A stretch of DNA of 64,000 bases from Clostridiales bacterium (GTDB lineage Bacteria; Bacillota; Clostridia; Oscillospirales; CAG-272): NCBI GenBank assembly GCA_016288155.1, contig JAEEYP010000063.1, positions 222,124 through 286,123 of the forward strand, in the 5' to 3' direction. The notes beneath the pieces are model-generated. The model searched no databases. It was not told the origin of the DNA and was given only the letters and a program-made list of their open reading frames with translations. Numbering within the stretch: the first letter of the stretch is position 1; each line of letters begins with the position of its first letter. The position numbers were made by a program, and so were the translations under genes. This document shows, one piece after another, positions 5,782 through 16,072 of this stretch.

Positions 5782-7953
5782 TCAGCATGCGGTAAAATGA
5801 TAGACAACGGCGGTGAAATCGCCGTCCGGATAGGCGGGTACGAGTCCGCGCCGCATAAGGACTGCGCCCGGCAGCGTCAGTCCGAGTTCAGCGACCCGAT
5901 AAGTGCGCGCCGGATCGAGCCCCGCCATGTACACGCGCTTGATCGGATTGTTGACGGAACCGAAACGGCGGTAGCAGACGAGGATCGCCTCGCTCTTATC
6001 TTTGGAGACGACGGAGACGGTGAAAAAGCCGCCCGTGTGCGGATCGTCGATCCGGTACAGATCGCCGTTGAGAATGAGCCTTTGGCAGGCGCGGTATTCG
6101 CGGATCTGCCGTGCCGTCTCCGCCCGATCCTCATCGGTGAAACGGCTCGCGTCCAACTCGTATCCCGTCGCGCCGAGATGCGCGATGACGGCGCGCGTTG
6201 CAAGCGGCACCGTCCGCCCGGTCTGCTGGTTCGGGCAGTCGGATACGTGGCAGGACATCGCGGAGAGCGGATAGACGAGAGACGTACCGTACTGGATCTT
6301 CGTCCTCTCTTCGGCATCCGTATCATCCGACGTCCAGATCTGCGCAAAGTAGGAGAGCATCGCGGGATCGAAGCGCGCGCCGCCGCCGGCGCATCCCTCG
6401 AAGAAGATATCGGGATTCGCCCGGATGATCCGTTCGCACAGATCGTACAGACCGAGCGCGTAGCGGTGCGCGAACTGCTGCTGTTCGCCGGGCGCCCGTC
6501 CGAAGGAGAACGATTCCGTGACGTTGCGGTTGAAATCCCATTTCACGTACTCGATACGATTCTCGTGCAGGATCCGGTTTACGGATTCCACGATCGTGTC
6601 CCGCACTTCCTTACGCGTCAGATCGAGCACGAACTGATGACGGCTGTAGCAGCGCGGGCGATCCGGCACGCCGATCGCGTAATCCGGATGCGCGCGGAAA
6701 AGGTCAGAATCCTCGCTGACCATTTCCGGCTCGAACCAGAGTCCGAATCGCATGCCCTTTTCGTGCACGTACTCGCTGATCGCACGCAGTCCGCCGACGA
6801 GTTTCTTTTCGTTGACGACCCAGTCGCCGAGTCCCGTCGTATCGTCCTCGCGCTTGCCGAACCATCCGTCGTCGAGCACAAAGGTATCGATCCCCGTACC
6901 GACCACGCCGTCAACGATCGCTTTCAGCTTTTCGAGATCGAAGGAGAACTGTGTCCCCTCCCAGTTGTTGATGAGAAGCGGTCGCACCGCGTGCGCCGCG
7001 CGCGGAGAGATGAGATGTTCGCGGTACGCGTCGTGGTACGCACGGCTCATCGCGCCAAGCCCTTCGTCAGAGTAGGCGATCACACATTCCGGCGCCGCGA
7101 ATTCCTCGCCGGGCGCGAGCGTCCAGCGGAAATCGAAATCCTGAATACCGCCGGTAACGAGTGCGGTACCGTCCGGATTTCCCTCCGCCTTCAGGACAAA
7201 GGAAGAGGAATACACGAGACTGAAGCCGATCGCCGTACCGCTCGTCTCCGTGGTCCCCGGCGTAAGGATCGCCAGAAACGGATGCAGCGTGGCGGAAGAG
7301 CTCGTTCGTTTGGAATCGACGGAAACGACGCCGTGATGGAGCGGGATGCGCTCCGGCTGCCGTTCCTTCGCCCATGCGCCGTGCAGCGTGAGTGCCTCGC
7401 GGCACATATCCGGAAGCGGCAGCGAGAAGGAATACGCGCGGCGCAGCGCGATCGGCTGCGTCCCGCCGTTGCGGTATACGACGCGGCGTGCGATCACGGA
7501 AGCATCATCGTACACGGTATAGTAGAGATCCGCTTCAAAGCCGTTTACTGGATCGGCGAGACACAGCTTCAGCGTCTCGCCGCCGCGCAGCGAAGGCATG
7601 CCGGGGATCGGCGGCTTCTCCTTCAGGATCTCATAGGATCGGTAAAGCAACTCGCACAAACGGTCACCCTGCGCCGTCTCGATCTGTACGCACGGCTCCC
7701 TGTAATCGCCCGTTCCGAAAAACGCGATCTCCGGCGGAACGTTCTGATAACTCTCCGCGCCGTCTTTGCCGGGCGGAGAGGTCAGCGTGGATTGAGCGCC
7801 GGAAGTGCGCGCATAGCGCAGATCGGCATGCGGGATCTGCGCGCCGAAGTACAAATGCTCCGCACAGCCGAGGTCGTTTATGAAAAACGCATAGGAAACG
7901 CCTTTTCCGTCCAGCCAGAATGCGGAGGAGGAAGGGACGAAGGTGATCGACAT
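5782..7953 (-). CDS. alpha-galactosidase, glycoside hydrolase family 36
   Basis: 723 aa. KWDFNR and EGCAGGGARFD signature segments, DDGWFGKR, typical GH36 length and N-terminal domain. Confidence 0.9.
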   Translation of the reverse strand: MSITFVPSSSAFWLDGKGVSYAFFINDLGCAEHLYFGAQIPHADLRYARTSGAQSTLTSPPGKDGAESYQNVPPEIAFFGTGDYREPCVQIETAQGDRLCELLYRSYEILKEKPPIPGMPSLRGGETLKLCLADPVNGFEADLYYTVYDDASVIARRVVYRNGGTQPIALRRAYSFSLPLPDMCREALTLHGAWAKERQPERIPLHHGVVSVDSKRTSSSATLHPFLAILTPGTTETSGTAIGFSLVYSSSFVLKAEGNPDGTALVTGGIQDFDFRWTLAPGEEFAAPECVIAYSDEGLGAMSRAYHDAYREHLISPRAAHAVRPLLINNWEGTQFSFDLEKLKAIVDGVVGTGIDTFVLDDGWFGKREDDTTGLGDWVVNEKKLVGGLRAISEYVHEKGMRFGLWFEPEMVSEDSDLFRAHPDYAIGVPDRPRCYSRHQFVLDLTRKEVRDTIVESVNRILHENRIEYVKWDFNRNVTESFSFGRAPGEQQQFAHRYALGLYDLCERIIRANPDIFFEGCAGGGARFDPAMLSYFAQIWTSDDTDAEERTKIQYGTSLVYPLSAMSCHVSDCPNQQTGRTVPLATRAVIAHLGATGYELDASRFTDEDRAETARQIREYRACQRLILNGDLYRIDDPHTGGFFTVSVVSKDKSEAILVCYRRFGSVNNPIKRVYMAGLDPARTYRVAELGLTLPGAVLMRRGLVPAYPDGDFTAVVYHFTAC

Positions 7954-7985
7954 GGCAAATCTCCCGTTCGGTTTGATTTTTGACT

Positions 7986-8014
7986 AGTATATCACATTTT
8001 TCGAGGCAAGTCAA
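7986..8014 (-). promoter_or_regulatory. sigma-A promoter candidate for the GH36-CE4 pair
   Basis: Minus strand TTGACT (8014-8009), 17 nt, TATACT (7991-7986), with TGn extended -10. Confidence 0.6.
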
Positions 8015-8061
8015 GCGCTCCGTATATGCCTCGGTCAGCGCAGACCTCGATAGAAAGAAAA

Positions 8062-8101
8062 TGCACCCCGCATCGGACGCTGTGTCCGATGCGGGGGTGC
8101 A
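8062..8101 (-). terminator. rho-independent terminator of the DUF4430-like lipoprotein gene
   Basis: ~17-bp perfect stem TGCACCCCGCATCGGAC/GTCCGATGCGGGGGTGCA, followed on the minus strand by ATTTTCTTTCT. Confidence 0.8.
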
Positions 8102-8150
8102 TTCCCGTTTCAGTTTTTCGCGCCGCTGACCTCGGCGCAATGGGATGATC

Positions 8151-8618
8151 TCAGTGATTCTTCAGCGTATCCTGAGAAGCGAGCTCCTCGGTGAGCACCT
8201 TATAGTAGGTGTACACGATCACGTCGCCTTCGTTGGCGATGATCGTCCCGGCGCGGCCGCTCTTCGGCTCTTCGCCGTTGAGGGTGTAATCCCAGAAATA
8301 CGTGTAATCGCCTTCGGTCTTTTCCTTATAGTCACCGATCGACGTGATGGAGAACTCGCCGACTTCACTCTCGTCCGTCTCGTACTTCATGTCGTTCAGG
8401 ATGAAAGCTTCCTTCACGCAGCGCAGGATCGTGGGCGGATCATCCGCCTTGCCCTCCACCGGAACGGTCACCGGGCCGAAATATACGTCATCCAGTTCAG
8501 GAATGATAACGGTCACAGTCACGTTCACGGTCACCTTCTGGGAAGCGCCGCAGCTCATGATCAATGCGGAAACGAGAAACAGAGCAAAAACCAAAGCAGT
8601 TCTTTTAAGCATACGCAT
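8151..8618 (-). CDS. lipoprotein with DUF4430-like domain
   Basis: Start at MRMLKRTALVFALFLVSALIMSCG (ATG 8618, GAGGAGG SD 8 nt upstream). Signal peptide with Cys. C-terminal YFWDYTLNGE...G...I..GD pattern as in DUF4430. Confidence 0.65.
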   Translation of the reverse strand: MRMLKRTALVFALFLVSALIMSCGASQKVTVNVTVTVIIPELDDVYFGPVTVPVEGKADDPPTILRCVKEAFILNDMKYETDESEVGEFSITSIGDYKEKTEGDYTYFWDYTLNGEEPKSGRAGTIIANEGDVIVYTYYKVLTEELASQDTLKNH

Positions 8619-8652
8619 GGATATAACCTCCTCACAGCATAACGCTACTTTT

Positions 8653-8681
8653 ATTGTACAATAAACCGGACGGAAAGTCAA
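8653..8681 (-). promoter_or_regulatory. sigma-A promoter candidate for the lipoprotein gene
   Basis: Minus strand TTGACT (8681-8676), 17 nt, TACAAT (8658-8653). Confidence 0.55.
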
Positions 8682-8735
8682 GTGAATTTCAAGAAATTCC
8701 GGGATTAATTTGCAAACGGGGGCGTTGCGCCGGAA

Positions 8736-11585
8736 TTATCCGGTCCCCTGCGCCAGCAGCTTTCCGAGCTGCTCCCGCACGAACTGATCGCGCTCCTCCT
8801 CCGTCAGCGGAGGATCCTCCGCCGCGCGCGCGTTCAGTGTCTCAACGACGGTCTTCACGTACTGATCGAGAAGTTCCTCTTTCTTTTTCGCCTTCATCTC
8901 CTCCGTTGTTTCCTCGGAGAATTTCGGTTCGAACGGATGCTCCGCAAGCAGCTGAGCCAGTATGCCCTTGACGTAGGTTCTCAGTTCATCCTGCTCGCGC
9001 CAGTAGCTGAAGTCGTAATGCTCATAACAGAAACGGTTGTAGAAACTGTCCGCATAGGATTTCCCGACGTAGGTCTTGGCCGGGATCGTGTTCTGGAAAT
9101 ACGGCTCGCCCCACCAGCCGCCCGGACGCGCCGTCAGCGGAAGATCCCTGTACACGTACTGCGCGTCGACGACGTAGACCTCGACCGGGAAGCTGCGGGT
9201 CTCCACCCGGATCAGCGCCGTATCCGCGAGCTTCTCCGGATCGCCCGTGTAGGTCTCCTCATGAATCACGATGCCGCCGACCTCCGTGTCGATCTTCACC
9301 TTCACGTGGACGTCGCAGTCATCTTCCGGCATATTGTCACGGGTAAAGTAGCCGGTCGCCAGCCGCGAACCGCGCGGATCCAGCTTGCAGGTATCCGTAT
9401 ACAGCATCCCGGAGTCGAGACAGAATTCGCGCTCGATGACGCCCGCCGCGACGGTAAAGGTCTTCAGCGGCTCGCCGCCGGACTGCGCCTCTTCGATATA
9501 CGGCTGATGCAGCTTCGTCATGACCGTATCCCATACGAGGCACGACGGATTCTGCTTGAAGTCGCTCAGCGTCTGGTTCATGTCATAGCCGAACCACGTA
9601 CCGCCGACGTAGTACGGCGTAAAGCCGAGGAACCAGCGGTCGAAGTCGTTTCCCGCCGTACCGGTCTTCCCCGCCACGTCCACGGTATTGCGCAGCGTGA
9701 CGCTGCGGCCCGTACCCAGAGTCATCACGTTCCCGAGCATCAGGCGCATGATGGACGCCGTCTCGTCGCTGATGACGATGGAAGACTCCTGCGTATTCTC
9801 GAGGATGACGTTCCCTTCGTTATCGTATACGGCGAGGAAGGTATGCGGCGTATTGTAGACGCCGTGATTCTGAAAGATGCAGTAGGCGGCGGTGATCTCC
9901 TCCAGCGTAAGGCCATAGTTCATCTGTCCGAGCGCAAGCGGCGCGAGCAGCTTATCGGTGAGGACGAGACCGCTCGAGGTCACCATGGAATCGATAAAAC
10001 TGTCGATACAGAGCTTGTTCTTGACGAAATCGAACGAACGCTCGATCGTGAGAAGCTGCAGAGCGCGGACGGCGACCGTGTTCTTGGAGGTGGTAATCGC
10101 GTAATTCACCGTCGTCAGACCGTCGTACACGTTCGGTGTGTTGCCCGGCCACGGATCGACGTTCTTGTTCTCGCCGTTCTCGTCCGGTTCCAGCTCCTCA
10201 TAGCCGTTGTTGAAGCTGACGGGAACGTCGTCAAAAACGGTGGCGTAATTGATGAGTCCCGCATCGAGCGCGGGCGCGTAGACGGAGAGAGGCTTGATGG
10301 AGGAACCCGGCGAACGGGTCATCGCCACGGCACGGTTGGAGATGCGGTTCTGCGTTTTCACGCCGCGCCCGCCGACGAGTCCGAGCACGTCGCCCGTATA
10401 CGGATCGATGACGATCATCGCCGACTCAGGCTGAAGACCGTCGTTGGAATACGGGAAGTATTCCGTATCGTTTTCGTACACCTCCTCCAGCGTATCCTGG
10501 ACGAAAGGATCCATGAGCGTGTAGATCTTCAAGCCGCCGGAATAGATCATCATACTGGAGGTATACGCGTCGTACCCGTATTTTTCCATCAGCGCCTGCT
10601 GGACGTCGGAGAAGACCGCCTCTTTATACCACGAGAAAACGTTCGCGACCTCCTGCTCTTCCGTATTCCCGCGGTCGAGCACGAGAACGAGTTCCGTTTT
10701 GATCGCCTTCTGGTATTCCGCCTCGGTGATATAGCCCTCTTTTCTCATGTTCTCGAGGATCACTTCGTTGCGGCGCTTTTTATTGTTTTCGGGGAAACGG
10801 ACCGGATCGTATTCGGAAGGGTTCTGCACGATCGTTGCCAACGCCGCGCATTCCACGAGCGTCAGCTCGCTTACGTCCTTGCCGAAGAAATAGTTGGACG
10901 CCGCCTGCACGCCGCGGCAGTTGTTGGAAAGATAAATGATGTTCAGATAGATCTCCAGGATCTCTTCGCGGCTCTTCTCTTTGGAGAAATTGAGCGCGCG
11001 CAAAATCTCCTGAATCTTCCGCTGGATGCGTACCTCGTCCTCCCCCGTCAGGTTCTTGATGGTCTGCTGCGTGATCGTGGAAGCGCCGCGGATACGCTCA
11101 AAGCCGAGAAAGTAGTTGATGACCGCCTTGCCGGTGCCGAGCCAGTCCACACCGTTATGGGAATAGAAGCGCCTGTCCTCCGTGGCGATGAAGGCCTGAT
11201 AGAGATACTTCGGGAATTGGGGATACGTCGCCCAGAGGCTGTTCTCGGAGGCGTAGATGCGGTCTTCCTCGACCTCGACCGGTACGCCGTTGCGGTTCTG
11301 CCTGTCTTCCGGCGTCGCGTAATCCATATAATAGATCCGCGTCGTCGTATTCGATCCCGCTTTCATAAGAAGCGAGGTGTCGAGCGTCGGGTCGATATAA
11401 TTCTTGATGTAGATGGCAAGGACGGTGCCGACGATGACGCCCGTGATCAATCCGATCAGCATCAGCGTAAGAAGAATATTGAGTACGTACGAAAGCAGGC
11501 GCAAAAGCACCCGTCCGACGATGCCGAACGCGTGAAGCACCTCTTTTCCCCAATCTACGCTGCCGCGATTCTGATTCTGTGTCAT
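8736..11585 (-). CDS. class A penicillin-binding protein (PBP1A family, transglycosylase/transpeptidase) with long C-terminal extension
   Basis: GT51 motifs ATEDRRFYSHNGVD and RGASTITQQ. Transpeptidase motifs SPGSSIKP (SxxK) and KTGT. ATG at 11585 is preferred; the track ORF extends to a TTG at 11597. Confidence 0.9.
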   Translation of the reverse strand: MTQNQNRGSVDWGKEVLHAFGIVGRVLLRLLSYVLNILLTLMLIGLITGVIVGTVLAIYIKNYIDPTLDTSLLMKAGSNTTTRIYYMDYATPEDRQNRNGVPVEVEEDRIYASENSLWATYPQFPKYLYQAFIATEDRRFYSHNGVDWLGTGKAVINYFLGFERIRGASTITQQTIKNLTGEDEVRIQRKIQEILRALNFSKEKSREEILEIYLNIIYLSNNCRGVQAASNYFFGKDVSELTLVECAALATIVQNPSEYDPVRFPENNKKRRNEVILENMRKEGYITEAEYQKAIKTELVLVLDRGNTEEQEVANVFSWYKEAVFSDVQQALMEKYGYDAYTSSMMIYSGGLKIYTLMDPFVQDTLEEVYENDTEYFPYSNDGLQPESAMIVIDPYTGDVLGLVGGRGVKTQNRISNRAVAMTRSPGSSIKPLSVYAPALDAGLINYATVFDDVPVSFNNGYEELEPDENGENKNVDPWPGNTPNVYDGLTTVNYAITTSKNTVAVRALQLLTIERSFDFVKNKLCIDSFIDSMVTSSGLVLTDKLLAPLALGQMNYGLTLEEITAAYCIFQNHGVYNTPHTFLAVYDNEGNVILENTQESSIVISDETASIMRLMLGNVMTLGTGRSVTLRNTVDVAGKTGTAGNDFDRWFLGFTPYYVGGTWFGYDMNQTLSDFKQNPSCLVWDTVMTKLHQPYIEEAQSGGEPLKTFTVAAGVIEREFCLDSGMLYTDTCKLDPRGSRLATGYFTRDNMPEDDCDVHVKVKIDTEVGGIVIHEETYTGDPEKLADTALIRVETRSFPVEVYVVDAQYVYRDLPLTARPGGWWGEPYFQNTIPAKTYVGKSYADSFYNRFCYEHYDFSYWREQDELRTYVKGILAQLLAEHPFEPKFSEETTEEMKAKKKEELLDQYVKTVVETLNARAAEDPPLTEEERDQFVREQLGKLLAQGTG

Positions 11586-11751
11586 CCGGTCTACCAAGCC
11601 TTTCCGTACCCCATGCCGTTTTCCGCTGCCGCACCGTCTCCGACGGCGTGGATGCGGTTTTGAAACTCGCCGTTATTATTATAAATCACTTTTTTGAATA
11701 TACTGTGAATTTCAGAGGAGAAAGCGAAGAATTTCGCCCGCGCGGGCAGAT

Positions 11752-14700
11752 TTACTGAAGGACCACGGCGTCTCCGCCGAGGATCTCGCGCAGCTCGCGC
11801 AAAACGAGTTCCGTCGGTGCCGCGCGCAGATGCTCGGCACGGAGATATCTGCCGTTTGCGGCGTCGTAGAGCACGACCGGAACGCTGCCGGGAAAGATCT
11901 GGATCAGGCACTCCGCCCGGCGATACTGTTCCGTTTCAAGCGAGGGAACGCGCAGGCACAGCCGCTTCGCCGCCCCGGTCGGGATATTCGCCTGAGGCGG
12001 CGACGGAGCCGCCGCAGGAGATACCGGATCTTTCGGCAGATCACCGTCTTCCGTCAGTTCGCTCACGTCGCGCAGAAGGACCTTCGGCTCTTCCTCCTCC
12101 CGCACGGACAGCGTACCGTGCAGGAGCACGACGCGGTCGACGGCAAGCCGGTCGCCGAACGACTGCACCGCCCTGGCAAATACGACCACCTCGATCTCGC
12201 CGGTACGGTCCTCCAGCGTCAGAAACGCCATAGCGTCTCCGGAACGCGTTGCCTTGTTCTGCCGGGCGGTGATGACGCCCGCCAGCGTGACCGCCTGCCT
12301 GTCCTCGTATCCGGGATCGGTACCGCTCTCCGGCACGTCCGCGACCTCATCCGATGCGTCTTCCGTATCTTCTCGCTGGAACGCCGACTTGATCGCGGCG
12401 ACGGTATCGAGCCGTACCCCGGCAAGCTGGCGGGAATAATCGTCGAGGATATGTCCGGAGAAATACAGACCGGAACTCTCCTTCTCGAGGCGCAATAGTT
12501 CCCGCGCGCTGAACTCCGGCACGTCGGGCAACTCGAGCTTCGGTGTGATCCGTTCCGCCTCCGCCGACGCGGAGAAAAGATCGATCTGTCCCTCCAGCGT
12601 CTGACGTCCGGCGTTGCTCCGTCCGTCAAGGACCGCTTCGTATACCGTGAGCATCTGCCGCCGGGAAGCGCCGAGCCCGTCGAGCGCCCCTGACTTGATG
12701 AGCATTTCAAGCTGCCGCTTGTTGACGGCAATCCCCTTCGTCCGTTCGATGAAATCGTCAAAGGAAGTAAAGCGTCCGTTGTGCTGCCGTTCTTCGATGA
12801 GAAGATCGACGAACTGCCGTCCGAGATTCTTGAGCGCGAGCAGACCGAAGCGGATGTTCTTTCCGTCCACGTGGAAATCCCACGCGCTCTCGTTCACGTG
12901 CGGCGGCAGGATACGGATGCCGATCCGCGTGCATTCCGCGATATACTCCGCGAGTTTTTCGGATGATCCGAGCACGGAGGTCATCAGCGCGCTGATGTAC
13001 TCCCGCGGATAGTGCGCTTTGAGATACGCGGAACGGTAGGAGAGGACGCCGTAGGCGGCGGCGTGTCCCTTGTTGAAGGCATAATTCGCAAAACCGACGA
13101 TCTCCTCAAAGAGCGCCCGTGCCGCCTCTTCTCCGACGCCGTGCTCCGCCGCTCCGGCAAGGAAAGAGACGCGCTCGCTTTCGAGGACGGACAGTTTTTT
13201 CTTGGAAATGGCACGTCGGACGATGTCCGCGCGGCCGAGAGAATACCCGGCGACGACGCGGAAGATCTGCATGACCTGCTCCTGATAGACGATGCAGCCG
13301 TTCGTTTCGTCGAGGATCGGCGCAAGCAGCTCCGTCACGTAGCGGATCTTCGACGGATCGCGGCTGTTCTCGATATACTTCGGGATCGAATCCATCGGAC
13401 CGGGACGGTACAGGGCGATCGCGGCAATGATGTCGTCGATGCGCTCCGGCTTCATCTGCATGAGCGTCTGCCGCATTCCGCCGGATTCGAGCTGAAATAC
13501 GCCGTCCGTCCGGCCGGCGGAGATCAAATCGAAAGTACGCCGGTCGTCGAGCGGGATCCGGGCGATATCGAAGGAGGCGTCGCTCTCCCGCACCTGCATC
13601 TCCGCCTGGGAAATGATGGTCAGATACCGCAGCGCGAGAAAATCGAATTTGAGCAGTCCGAGATCCGCCACCGTGTTCATGTCGTACTGCGTGACGACGA
13701 CCCCGTTGTTGACGGCAAGCGGTACGTATTCGTCAAGCGGGCGCTCCGTGATCACTACGCCGGCAGCGTGAGTGGAAGCGTGCCGCGGCATCCCCTCAAG
13801 CGCCGCCGCCACTTCGATGAGCCGGCGCACGTGCTCGTCCTCTTCCATCATGGTGCGCAGTCCGTCGCCTTTGACGGCCTCCGCCAGCGTGATGCCGAGC
13901 GTCCGGGGGATCTGCCGAGCCACGGCGTCCACTTCGGAATAGCTCATGCCGAGAGCGCGTCCGACGTCCCGCACCGCGGCGCGTGCCGCCATCGTGCCGA
14001 AGGTGATGATCTGGGATACGTGGTCCTCCCCGTACTTTTCGCGGACGTAGGCGATCGCCTCGTCGCGCCGGTCATAGCAGAAATCAATGTCGAAATCCGG
14101 CATGCTGACGCGTTCCGGATTGAGGAACCGTTCAAAGAGCAACCCGAAGCGGAGCGGATCGATATCCGTGATGCCGATCAGATAGGCGACGAGGCTCGCG
14201 GCGCCGGAACCGCGTCCCGGACCGACCGGGATCCCGATCGATTTGGCGTGATGTACAAAATCCCATACGATCAGGTAATACTCCGAGAATCCCATCCGTT
14301 CGATGACGGACAGCTCGTAGGAGATCCGTTCCCGGTATTCCGCCTCCGTCCGCTCGCCGGAGCAGACGATATGTCCGGCGGCGATATGATCCGCCAGTCC
14401 CTTCTCTGCCAACGCGGCGAGATACGCGGCCGGCGCCTGTCCGTTCTCCGGAGCGAAGCGCGGGAGTTCCGTGTGACCGAATTGAAAATCGAACGTACAG
14501 CGGTCGGCGATCTTCGCCGTATTGGAGATCGCTTCCGGATACGCGGAGAAAAGCTTCTCCATTTCCCACGCATCCTTGAAATAAAATTCGTCCGTCTCAA
14601 AACCGATGGGACGCCCGTCCGTGATGACGTTGTTCGTCTGGATGCACATGAGGATCGCCTGCGTGTCCGCGTCGCCGCGGCGCAGATAATGCACGTCGTT

Positions 14701-15312
14701 CGTAGCGACAAGCCCGATCCCCGTCCGCTGTGCGATCTCCAGGATCGCGCGGTTGACCGTCTTCTGTTCTTCCAGCCCGTGATCCTGCAATTCGAGATAG
14801 AAGCGATCCGGTCCGAAAACGGTCTGCATCCGCCGCGCGTACGCCTCCGCCTGGGCGTAATCGCCGCGCTGGATCGCCCGCGGGATATATCCCGCCAGGC
14901 AGGCAGACAGCGCGATCAGTCCCTCGCTGTTCGCTTCGAGCAGTTCCTGATCGATGCGCGGCTTGATATAGAAACCCTCCGTGAAGGAGCGAGAGACCAT
15001 TCGGATCAGGTTCCGGTAGCCGGTCTCGTTTTCGACGAGCAGGATAAGATGATAGCTGGAGCCGTCCAGATCGTGCGACTTGTCAAAGCGCGTGCGCTGT
15101 GCGACGTATACCTCGCAGCCGATGATCGGCTTGATCCCCTCGGCGATACAGGCGCGGTAAAATTCGACGGCGCCGTACATGACGCCGTGATCCGTGATTG
15201 CAACGGCGTCCATGCCCTTTTCTCTGGCAAGCTTCGGGATATCCGCGATCCTGCAGGCGCCGTCGAGCAGACTGTATTCGCTGTGCAGATGCAGATGGAC
15301 GAACCGTCCCAT
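11752..15312 (-). CDS. dnaE: DNA polymerase III alpha subunit
   Basis: 1186 aa. PHP N-terminus FVHLHLHSEYSLLDGA, AAGGAG SD, and characteristic polymerase core segments (GRGSGAASLVAY, PDFDIDF). Confidence 0.95.
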   Translation of the reverse strand: MGRFVHLHLHSEYSLLDGACRIADIPKLAREKGMDAVAITDHGVMYGAVEFYRACIAEGIKPIIGCEVYVAQRTRFDKSHDLDGSSYHLILLVENETGYRNLIRMVSRSFTEGFYIKPRIDQELLEANSEGLIALSACLAGYIPRAIQRGDYAQAEAYARRMQTVFGPDRFYLELQDHGLEEQKTVNRAILEIAQRTGIGLVATNDVHYLRRGDADTQAILMCIQTNNVITDGRPIGFETDEFYFKDAWEMEKLFSAYPEAISNTAKIADRCTFDFQFGHTELPRFAPENGQAPAAYLAALAEKGLADHIAAGHIVCSGERTEAEYRERISYELSVIERMGFSEYYLIVWDFVHHAKSIGIPVGPGRGSGAASLVAYLIGITDIDPLRFGLLFERFLNPERVSMPDFDIDFCYDRRDEAIAYVREKYGEDHVSQIITFGTMAARAAVRDVGRALGMSYSEVDAVARQIPRTLGITLAEAVKGDGLRTMMEEDEHVRRLIEVAAALEGMPRHASTHAAGVVITERPLDEYVPLAVNNGVVVTQYDMNTVADLGLLKFDFLALRYLTIISQAEMQVRESDASFDIARIPLDDRRTFDLISAGRTDGVFQLESGGMRQTLMQMKPERIDDIIAAIALYRPGPMDSIPKYIENSRDPSKIRYVTELLAPILDETNGCIVYQEQVMQIFRVVAGYSLGRADIVRRAISKKKLSVLESERVSFLAGAAEHGVGEEAARALFEEIVGFANYAFNKGHAAAYGVLSYRSAYLKAHYPREYISALMTSVLGSSEKLAEYIAECTRIGIRILPPHVNESAWDFHVDGKNIRFGLLALKNLGRQFVDLLIEERQHNGRFTSFDDFIERTKGIAVNKRQLEMLIKSGALDGLGASRRQMLTVYEAVLDGRSNAGRQTLEGQIDLFSASAEAERITPKLELPDVPEFSARELLRLEKESSGLYFSGHILDDYSRQLAGVRLDTVAAIKSAFQREDTEDASDEVADVPESGTDPGYEDRQAVTLAGVITARQNKATRSGDAMAFLTLEDRTGEIEVVVFARAVQSFGDRLAVDRVVLLHGTLSVREEEEPKVLLRDVSELTEDGDLPKDPVSPAAAPSPPQANIPTGAAKRLCLRVPSLETEQYRRAECLIQIFPGSVPVVLYDAANGRYLRAEHLRAAPTELVLRELREILGGDAVVLQ

Positions 15313-15328
15313 AACCGCTCCTTTCCGA

Positions 15329-16072
15329 TCAGTCCCCGCGTATCCCCAGCGAGGCGGCGATCGATTCGATTTTCGCCAGCCGGTGGCTGACGCCGGATTT
15401 CGTGATCGGCGGCTCGTGCGCTTCCCCGAGTTCAGAGAGCGAGAGCTGCTCGTTGTTCATGCGCAGGCGCGCCGTGACGCGCAGAGGCTCCGGCAGACGC
15501 TGCAGATCTCCGCTTTCCTCCATCTTCCTGATCAGACGTATCTGCCGTTCGGAAACGAGGAGAGATTTTTCGATATTGGCCGTATCGCAGTTGACCTGCC
15601 GGTTGATGTTATTGCGGAATTCCCGCTCGATGCGGTTGTTCATAAAATCGAACGCCGCCTGATTGGCGCCGATATACGCGAGAAAATCCGCGATCGCTTC
15701 CCCGTCCTTCAGATAAAGGATCGGTCTGCCCTTCCGCTCGCCCAGCCGCCAGATCCCGCCCTTCCGTCCGAGCAGCTCGGACAGGGCGGCGCATTCTGCG
15801 GCCGTCGGCAAAGTGAATTCGAGATGATAGCGCTTATGCGGATCGGTCAGCGTTCCGTGCAGAAGGAAAAGCCCCCGCACGAAATGCGGAACGCACGAGG
15901 CGCATTTGGCGCGCGTCGGATACGCGGCGATCGCGGCGGTACGCTCGCCCGGATCGGGCAGCTCCATGATCTTTGCGGCGTCATCAAGCGCGTGCGCGCA
16001 GCACTTCTTCTTGATGGGCAGCCCCGTCAGCGCTTCGCGCAGACGGGCGGCATAGGAGGGTACTTTTCTCAT
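15329..16072 (-). CDS. whiA: DNA-binding protein WhiA, short form (247 aa)
   Basis: C-terminal two thirds match WhiA: YHLEF..., RNNINRQVNCDTANIEKS, HTH LSLSELGEAHEPPITKSGVSHRLAKIESIA. ATGA overlap with the murB stop. Confidence 0.85.
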   Translation of the reverse strand: MRKVPSYAARLREALTGLPIKKKCCAHALDDAAKIMELPDPGERTAAIAAYPTRAKCASCVPHFVRGLFLLHGTLTDPHKRYHLEFTLPTAAECAALSELLGRKGGIWRLGERKGRPILYLKDGEAIADFLAYIGANQAAFDFMNNRIEREFRNNINRQVNCDTANIEKSLLVSERQIRLIRKMEESGDLQRLPEPLRVTARLRMNNEQLSLSELGEAHEPPITKSGVSHRLAKIESIAASLGIRGD

